The notes below the pieces were generated by a model that worked only from the letters and a program-made list of their open reading frames with translations, was not told the origin of the DNA and made no database searches. The position numbers were made by a program, and so were the translations under genes. Shown piece by piece: positions 58,019 through 64,000 of a stretch of 64,000 nucleotides of DNA (position 1 is its first letter; every line of letters begins with the position of its first letter). Source of the stretch: Gemmatimonas sp. (GTDB lineage: Bacteria; Gemmatimonadota; Gemmatimonadetes; Gemmatimonadales; Gemmatimonadaceae); assembly GCA_965279375.1 (NCBI GenBank), contig OZ257156.1:2528001-2592000 (forward strand), given 5' to 3'.

Positions 58019-60247
58019 GTGGTCGCGGTGCTGCTCTGCGGGGCGCCGATGGTCTGCGCGCCGCTGTGGGCGCAGGATGTCACCTGCGACCGTGGCGACC
58101 GCGAAGTGCGGGCGCTGCGCTTCACGGGTAATCGCGAGTACACCGCGGCCTCGTTGGCCGCAACGGTGGCGACCGTACCGTCCTCATTCTCCGGGCTGCC
58201 GCTCATCGGGCAACGGCGATGCCTCGATCCGGTGGAGTTCGCGCGCGACGTGCAGCGTCTCGAGACGCTCTATCGCCGACGCGGCTTTCCCGACGTGCGC
58301 GTGGATACGACGGTGACCGTGCGCCGCCCCGGGATCATCGAGATCACCTTCCGCATCACCGAAGGACTGCCAATGCGCGTGACGGCGTTCAGCCTGCGCG
58401 GCGCCGATCGTGACAGCGCGGTGCAGGTGGCGGCGCGCGACTTCCCGTTGCGTGTCGGCGGCGTGTTCGATCGTGGCGCGCTGGAAGCAGGACGCGATAC
58501 GTTGCTCAAGCGGCTGCGCAATCTTGGCTGGCCGCAAGCCGAGGCGTTGTTGGCGTACACCACCAACACGGCGGAGCGCACGGCTGATGTTGAAGTGACC
58601 GTGGTGCCGGGTACGCGGGCGCGTATCGGCCGCATCGCCATCGTCGTGGACACGACCGATACCGGCAATCGTCGTGTGTCCGATGCGACGATTCGTCGCA
58701 CGATGGCGTTGCGCAGCGGTGACTGGTATTCGGCGCGCGCGATCATCGACGCGCAGCGCAATCTGTATCAGACCGACGCGTTTCAGCGCGTCGATCTGTT
58801 GCCCGACAGTTTGCAGCCGGCGGGCGATTCCACGGTCAACCTCGTGGCGCATCTCGTGGAAGGCGATGCGTGGGCCGCACGCAGCGGGTTCGGGTGGGCA
58901 ACGCTCGACTGCTTCCGCATGCAGGGATCGCTCACCGATCGCGATTTTCTGCCGATGGCGCAGCGTTTCGAGTTGACGGCGCGCGTCAGCAAGATCGGCA
59001 TTGGCGCGCCACTGGATGGCGCACCGTCGTTGTGTCAGGGGCAGGCGCGCACTGACCCGTACAGCAAGACGCTCAACTACTACACGGCGATGACGATCAG
59101 TCAGCCGGTGCGCGCCAAGCAGTCGCGCGTGCCCACGCTGACGGTCTTCAGCTCGACACTTTCGGAGTATCGCGCGTTCTTGCGGCGCGCCCCGATCGGC
59201 GGCGCGGTGTCGATCACCAATCCGCTGCAGCAAAAGATCCCGACGACGGTGTCGTATCAGGTGGAGCTTGGGCGCACAGAAGCGGAGCCGGCGTTCTTCT
59301 GTGCCGTCTTCAACGCGTGCGAGGCCGAATCGCGAAGCTTCCTGCAGCGCAACAATCGGCTGGCTGCCCTCGAGTATTCGATCGCGCGTGAGCGCGTGAA
59401 CGACCCGTTGCGGCCCACCGGCGGCAGCACGCTGCGTGGCGGCCTGCGGTACGCCTCGACGATCATCGGCTCGGACCGCTCGCAGCAGTTCACGCGCGGC
59501 ACGGCTGATGCAACGTGGTTTCACGATGTCGGGCGCAACATCACGCTCGTGGGCCATCTGCGTGGCGGCTTGGTATTCGGCGCTGGACAGACGCCCGCGT
59601 TCAGCAGCTACATCCCGCCGCAGGAACGGCTGTACGCCGGCGGTCCCACCACGGTACGCGGCTTTCGGCAAAACGAACTCGGACCCGCCGTCTACATCGT
59701 GGACGGCTATCGCACGGTGACCGAAGGCGGGCGCACGTACTTCCGTGCGGACTCCGGGAGCACGCAGGAGCGCGTGGTGCCGACGGGTGGCAATGCGCTG
59801 TTCGTGGCGAACGTGGAAGTGCAGGTGCCAAGTCCGGTCGCGCCCAAGCTGCTGCAGTTGGCCGCGTTCGCCGATGCGGGTCGTCTGTGGAACCGGAAGG
59901 GAACGTCGCAGCTCGCGGCGGTGACCGAAGGCGATGCGGCAGTGAAGATCACGCCGGGGTTGGGGGTGCGAATCGTGTCGCCCTTTGGCTCGATTCGCGT
60001 CGACCTGGGCTACAACCCATCTCGACTGCCGGCGGGTGCGGCGTACTACAACGCGCCGCTGCAAGCGGGAATTGCCCCGTTGTATTGCGTGAGCCCGACC
60101 AACCTGTTGCCTGTTCGCGCGAGTACGACAGCAGGCGTGCCGCCGCTGCAGGATGCGGGACCGTGTCCGGCGTCGTTTCGCCCGGAGCGGCGCGCGGGAC
60201 TGCTCGCGCGGTTGAATCCGAGCATCTGGATCGGGCAGGCGTTCTAG
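58019..60247 (+). CDS. tamA: Omp85/BamA-TamA family outer membrane protein
   Basis: Three POTRA-like repeats (FTGN, YRRRGF, LYQTDAF), YAGG.TVRGF, SPFGSIRVDLG, C-terminal IGQAF; adjacent to tamB. Confidence 0.88.
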   Translation: MVAVLLCGAPMVCAPLWAQDVTCDRGDREVRALRFTGNREYTAASLAATVATVPSSFSGLPLIGQRRCLDPVEFARDVQRLETLYRRRGFPDVRVDTTVTVRRPGIIEITFRITEGLPMRVTAFSLRGADRDSAVQVAARDFPLRVGGVFDRGALEAGRDTLLKRLRNLGWPQAEALLAYTTNTAERTADVEVTVVPGTRARIGRIAIVVDTTDTGNRRVSDATIRRTMALRSGDWYSARAIIDAQRNLYQTDAFQRVDLLPDSLQPAGDSTVNLVAHLVEGDAWAARSGFGWATLDCFRMQGSLTDRDFLPMAQRFELTARVSKIGIGAPLDGAPSLCQGQARTDPYSKTLNYYTAMTISQPVRAKQSRVPTLTVFSSTLSEYRAFLRRAPIGGAVSITNPLQQKIPTTVSYQVELGRTEAEPAFFCAVFNACEAESRSFLQRNNRLAALEYSIARERVNDPLRPTGGSTLRGGLRYASTIIGSDRSQQFTRGTADATWFHDVGRNITLVGHLRGGLVFGAGQTPAFSSYIPPQERLYAGGPTTVRGFRQNELGPAVYIVDGYRTVTEGGRTYFRADSGSTQERVVPTGGNALFVANVEVQVPSPVAPKLLQLAAFADAGRLWNRKGTSQLAAVTEGDAAVKITPGLGVRIVSPFGSIRVDLGYNPSRLPAGAAYYNAPLQAGIAPLYCVSPTNLLPVRASTTAGVPPLQDAGPCPASFRPERRAGLLARLNPSIWIGQAF

Positions 60248-63200
60248 ATGGCGCCGCGCCGCCGGACCGTCGTCCTCGCCACGGCGAGCGTGTTGCTCGC
60301 CATCGGTGCCGTGTGCGTCGGCGGCGTTGCGATGCTGACACAAACCGACTGGGGGCGTGCGCTGATCATGCGCGCACTCGTGCCCACGCTGTCGGCGGCG
60401 CTGCCGGGCAAGCTGTACGTGGGGCGCGTGAGTGGCACACTCTTCACCGACATCACTGTCGACTCGCTCGAGATTCGCGAGCCGAACGGTGCGCCGTTCG
60501 TGGCCACGGGACCGATTCACCTCACGTACGATCCGCGTGATCTGCTCGACCGGCGCGTGGTGATCAAAACGCTCGATGTGCAGCGGCCACGCATCACGAT
60601 GGTGGACTACGGCAACGATGACTGGAACTGGAAGCGCGCGTTGCGTCGCAACGGTCCCAAGCTGCCGGAACGACCGGGCTCGTTCGGTCAATTCATCGCG
60701 ATCGATACCGCCGCCATTCACGAGGCCTCGCTCACGTTGCGCCTGCCGTGGATTCCTGCGGACTCGCTCAAGGGCGCAAAGCTGGACAGCGCGATTGCGT
60801 TCGAAACCACGCGATTGGATGGCGAGATCCGCCGGGATGGCAAGCGATTCGTGCGCGTATGGCGCTTCGTGCGTGGTGACCTGGCGCTCGGTCGCTCGCG
60901 TATCGCCGATCCGGACTCCGCCGGCCTCAAGCTGGCGATGCGGAAGTTCGACGTGGTGTGGGTGTATCCTCCGTTCTGGTTCCGCAACATGCGCGGTACC
61001 GTGCGCAAGCTCAGCGACACGCTGTGGGTGGATGGCGCGACGTTCAACCTCGCCAATTCTGCCGCACACGGAAAAGCGAAGGTGGTGTGGGGCAGCGGGC
61101 TGCCGATTCGCTACGACATCCGCCTGACCGGCGATACCGTCGCGATGGCCGACGTAGCGTGGATCGATCCGTCGCTGCCGGCGACGGGCGGTGGCACGAC
61201 GTTGCTCGACATTCGCAACGACCCGAAGAATCTGAACGTGCTCGAATACGTGATTCGCAACATGGACGCCAAGTCCATGCGCTCGCGAGTACGCGGCAAC
61301 ATGACGTTCGCCGTGGGCGGCCCGGTGCTTCGCATCAGCGATGTGGACGTGGAGCTGCAACCGGCCAACACCGACCTGCTGCGCCACTTCAACCTCGAGC
61401 CGTTCCCTTACGACTGGCAGGGTGACCTGACCGGGCACATCGTCGCGCGCGGTGGGCCGGTCAATCGCTGGATGATGGATCAGGCGAAGCTCTCCTTCGC
61501 GGACGCGCACGTCCCAGGCGCGGTGTCTCGTGCGACGATTGCGGGGATGCTCAACATCTACCAGCCGTCCGAAGCGATTCTCTACGACGTGGGCCTCGAG
61601 ATCGAACAGCTCGACCTCCGCACGCCGCGCTTCGTCAATCCGCTGTTCCCGGAGCTCAATGGCTTCATGCGCGGATCGATGCGTCTCGACTCGCTTTGGT
61701 ACGACGGCGTCTTCCGCGAGGCGAGCCTCGATCACGTGGACGGCATCGGCCAGCCGTCGCACTTCACCGGCGCGGGCAACTACACGCTCCTCGACGAAGG
61801 CGTGCGCTTCGATGTCGAGATGCAGGCGGCGCCGCTCTCCTACACCACGCTGTCGCGCTCTTACCCTGCGTTGCCGTTGCGAGGCAGCGCGGTCGGCAGC
61901 ATCAAGGCGAGCGGCATGGCGGAAGACTTCGCGGTGCGCGCCACGCTGGCCGGCGAAGGTGGCGAACTGGCGTTCGACGGACGCGCCGACGCACTCGAGC
62001 CGGACTTCGGGGCGACGGGCAGCTATCGCATGCTGGGAGTGAATCTGCAGTCGCTCTTCGGCGACTCGAAGTTTCCCGTTACATCGCTGACGATGGGCGG
62101 CGACGTGGCACTGCGTGGCGCCGACGTTGCCTCGTTGCGTGGCCCGTTGCGTGTCACGGTGGATCAGTTCTCGCGCGTGGCCGACGCGCGCATCTTCAGC
62201 GGAACGGCGCAGGTCGTCTTCGACTCCGGGCACGTACGCGTCGACACGCTGACGCTGGAAAGTTCGGCGCTGCGGTTCGCGGCGCGCGGTGGCATCGGAC
62301 TGCTCGCTGCCCGTCGTGATTCGCTCAGCTTCTCCGTTGCCATCGACTCGCTGGGTGGCCTGAGACCTTGGCTGCAAAGCAACGACCCGGCCGCGCCTGG
62401 CTTCGTGCTGGCCGACGATACGCTTCGCGGCACCGTGGAAATGCGAGGTCGGGTGGTGGGCTCCATCGACTCGCTCGACGCGGTGGGGTTGGGCGTGGAC
62501 TTGCGCGCTGATGTGTCCGGGCTCGTCGTGGCCAGCTCGCGTGCTCAACGCGCGAGCATGACTGCCGACGTGCAGGACCTGCTGCGCAAGTTCACCGGCG
62601 GCGTACAGTTCACGGTCGATTCGGCGCGTCTGGCCAGCATCGACGTGGCGTCGGCCGCAGGTCGCTCGACACTGCGCGATGGCCTCGCCGAAACGTTCGC
62701 GCTGGAAATGCGCACGCCGTCCGAGTCACGCGTCGCGTTGCATGGTGGCGTGGCCAGACGCGGCGACACGAGCACGGTGACGCTCGACTCACTGAACATT
62801 CGCGTCGACAGCGGGTTCGCGCGTCCGCGCGGCTTCTCGCTCGCCGCACCGGCCGTGCTGCAGGCTCTTCCCGGCGCGACCGGCTCACTCGATTCGCTGG
62901 TCCTGATCCACACCGACACCGGTCGCATCTCGCTACGCGGTTCGCTGGGTGACTCGGGTGTGCTGCGCGGCCGCATGGACATGGATCGCGTGCCACTCGC
63001 CGACGTCGGGCGGCTGCTGCGTACCAGTCAGCTCGGCGGCGGCACGGCCACGGCGGAGATGACGATTGCCGGCACGCGCGAGCGCCCAAAGCTCGATGGC
63101 ACGGTGCTGCTGCGTGATGCGCTCGCGTCGCGGGTACGCTTGGGTGAACTGACCGCGAAGGCGCACTACGACTCGCTGCGGCTGGGCGTCGAAGCTGCAC

Positions 63201-64000
63201 TCAAGGTGGATGGACGCCCCGCGCTGCAGGCCACTGCCTCGCTGCCACTCGATCTCGCGGTCATGCGCGGGCGCGCGCGGCAGCTCGACGAGCCGCTCAG
63301 CGGACGCATTCAGAGCAATCGCGCCGATCTGTCGTTGCTGGAATCACTGTTCCCGGATGTCAGTCGAGCCCGAGGTCGCCTGTCCACCGATGTGCAGCTC
63401 GCCGGCACATGGAGCAAGCCGCATCTGCGTGGACAGATCTCGATGGACAGCGCGTCGCTGTCGCTCGACAATCTCGGCATTCGACTGGAGCAGGCCCGCG
63501 CCGACATCGGCCTCGCCGGCGACACCGTCTACGTGCGCCGCTTCGGCGCCACCAGCGGCTTGCCACAGGATTCGCTCGGCATCAGCGGCTACGTCAGCTA
63601 CTCCGATCCGGCGAATCTGTTTTTCGACTTGAAGCTGGCGGCCAACAACTTCCTTGCCATCGACAAGGCACGCACCGCGTCGCTCACGCTCACCACCACC
63701 ACACCGGTGTCGTTGGTTGGGCCGAGTACGTCGCCGCGCGTGCGCGGTGCGCTGCGGATCGATCGGGGGCGTGTCTACATCAACGCGTTGGCGCAACGTC
63801 GCGGGCTCGATCTCAACGAAAGCTTTGACGTCATCGACACCGCGCGCCTGGGAATGAATGCGCTGTTGCCGAGTGGGCCGAATGCGCTCGTGAAGAACCT
63901 GCAGCTCGAGAATGTCCGGGTGAGCATCGGCGACGACGTATGGCTGCGTTCGCCCGAAGCGAGCCTCAAGATGGGCGGCGCACTGCGCGTGACGCGCGCG
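60248..64000 (+). CDS. tamB: Translocation/assembly module TamB-like protein (partial, runs off window end)
   Basis: Manual translation from ATG 60248: MAPRRRTVVLATASVLLAIG... with N-terminal anchor, LTQTDWGR, and >1200 aa of beta-taco-like repeats, open to the window end. Not in the ORF track. Confidence 0.85.
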   Translation, partial: MAPRRRTVVLATASVLLAIGAVCVGGVAMLTQTDWGRALIMRALVPTLSAALPGKLYVGRVSGTLFTDITVDSLEIREPNGAPFVATGPIHLTYDPRDLLDRRVVIKTLDVQRPRITMVDYGNDDWNWKRALRRNGPKLPERPGSFGQFIAIDTAAIHEASLTLRLPWIPADSLKGAKLDSAIAFETTRLDGEIRRDGKRFVRVWRFVRGDLALGRSRIADPDSAGLKLAMRKFDVVWVYPPFWFRNMRGTVRKLSDTLWVDGATFNLANSAAHGKAKVVWGSGLPIRYDIRLTGDTVAMADVAWIDPSLPATGGGTTLLDIRNDPKNLNVLEYVIRNMDAKSMRSRVRGNMTFAVGGPVLRISDVDVELQPANTDLLRHFNLEPFPYDWQGDLTGHIVARGGPVNRWMMDQAKLSFADAHVPGAVSRATIAGMLNIYQPSEAILYDVGLEIEQLDLRTPRFVNPLFPELNGFMRGSMRLDSLWYDGVFREASLDHVDGIGQPSHFTGAGNYTLLDEGVRFDVEMQAAPLSYTTLSRSYPALPLRGSAVGSIKASGMAEDFAVRATLAGEGGELAFDGRADALEPDFGATGSYRMLGVNLQSLFGDSKFPVTSLTMGGDVALRGADVASLRGPLRVTVDQFSRVADARIFSGTAQVVFDSGHVRVDTLTLESSALRFAARGGIGLLAARRDSLSFSVAIDSLGGLRPWLQSNDPAAPGFVLADDTLRGTVEMRGRVVGSIDSLDAVGLGVDLRADVSGLVVASSRAQRASMTADVQDLLRKFTGGVQFTVDSARLASIDVASAAGRSTLRDGLAETFALEMRTPSESRVALHGGVARRGDTSTVTLDSLNIRVDSGFARPRGFSLAAPAVLQALPGATGSLDSLVLIHTDTGRISLRGSLGDSGVLRGRMDMDRVPLADVGRLLRTSQLGGGTATAEMTIAGTRERPKLDGTVLLRDALASRVRLGELTAKAHYDSLRLGVEAALKVDGRPALQATASLPLDLAVMRGRARQLDEPLSGRIQSNRADLSLLESLFPDVSRARGRLSTDVQLAGTWSKPHLRGQISMDSASLSLDNLGIRLEQARADIGLAGDTVYVRRFGATSGLPQDSLGISGYVSYSDPANLFFDLKLAANNFLAIDKARTASLTLTTTTPVSLVGPSTSPRVRGALRIDRGRVYINALAQRRGLDLNESFDVIDTARLGMNALLPSGPNALVKNLQLENVRVSIGDDVWLRSPEASLKMGGALRVTRA

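Noticed and set aside
58184..62548. 1454-aa minus-strand ORF
   Set aside because: Antisense shadow of tamA/tamB in high-GC DNA; Arg/His-rich translation with no motifs.
1..64000. CRISPR arrays, tRNA/rRNA, transposases, integrases, prophage and anti-phage genes
   Set aside because: No regularly spaced repeats, RNA-gene signatures or recognisable motifs found by eye; the two small membrane proteins lack any phage context.

Overview
High-GC bacterial window. Gene style (PEP-CTERM proteins, TamA/TamB, pyrimidine-rich or leaderless starts) suggests Gemmatimonadota, but this is an inference. I found no rRNA, tRNA, CRISPR array or mobile element. Roughly 0.7-27.5 kb is a large surface-glycan locus: a WecB-type epimerase, two GT-C (ArnT/PMT-like) membrane proteins, AsnB amidotransferase, GT2/GT4 enzymes, two deacetylases, a formyltransferase, a Wzx flippase, a Thr-type membrane 'sulfatase', and a PAPS-supply operon (cysN-cysQ-cysC-cysD) with no reductase or canonical sulfotransferase. 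The rest holds mutY, a separated vWA/AAA+ pair, an MFS transporter, a second wecB, two PEP-CTERM genes, a TonB receptor, a tiny lipoprotein, ygfZ, a pseudo-HAD, glcDEF, a second glycan module with uxs, a sigma-70 factor, aroB, pduO, FNR, dppA/B split by a GGDEF gene, and tamA-tamB. The strongest non-annotated signals are four. (1) A shared palindromic operator TGTTGC-N6-GCAACA, with IHF-like and sigma-54 -24/-12 sites, sits upstream of both PEP-CTERM genes, and the operator alone sits between the two halves of the uxs module. (2) The Bacteroidota-type O-glycosylation sequon D-(S/T)-(A/I/L/V/M/T) is strongly enriched in exported proteins. (3) There is a candidate non-canonical glycan sulfation route. 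(4) Several genes have leaderless TANNTT-N6/7-start promoters, one embedded in an 11-bp tandem repeat array.
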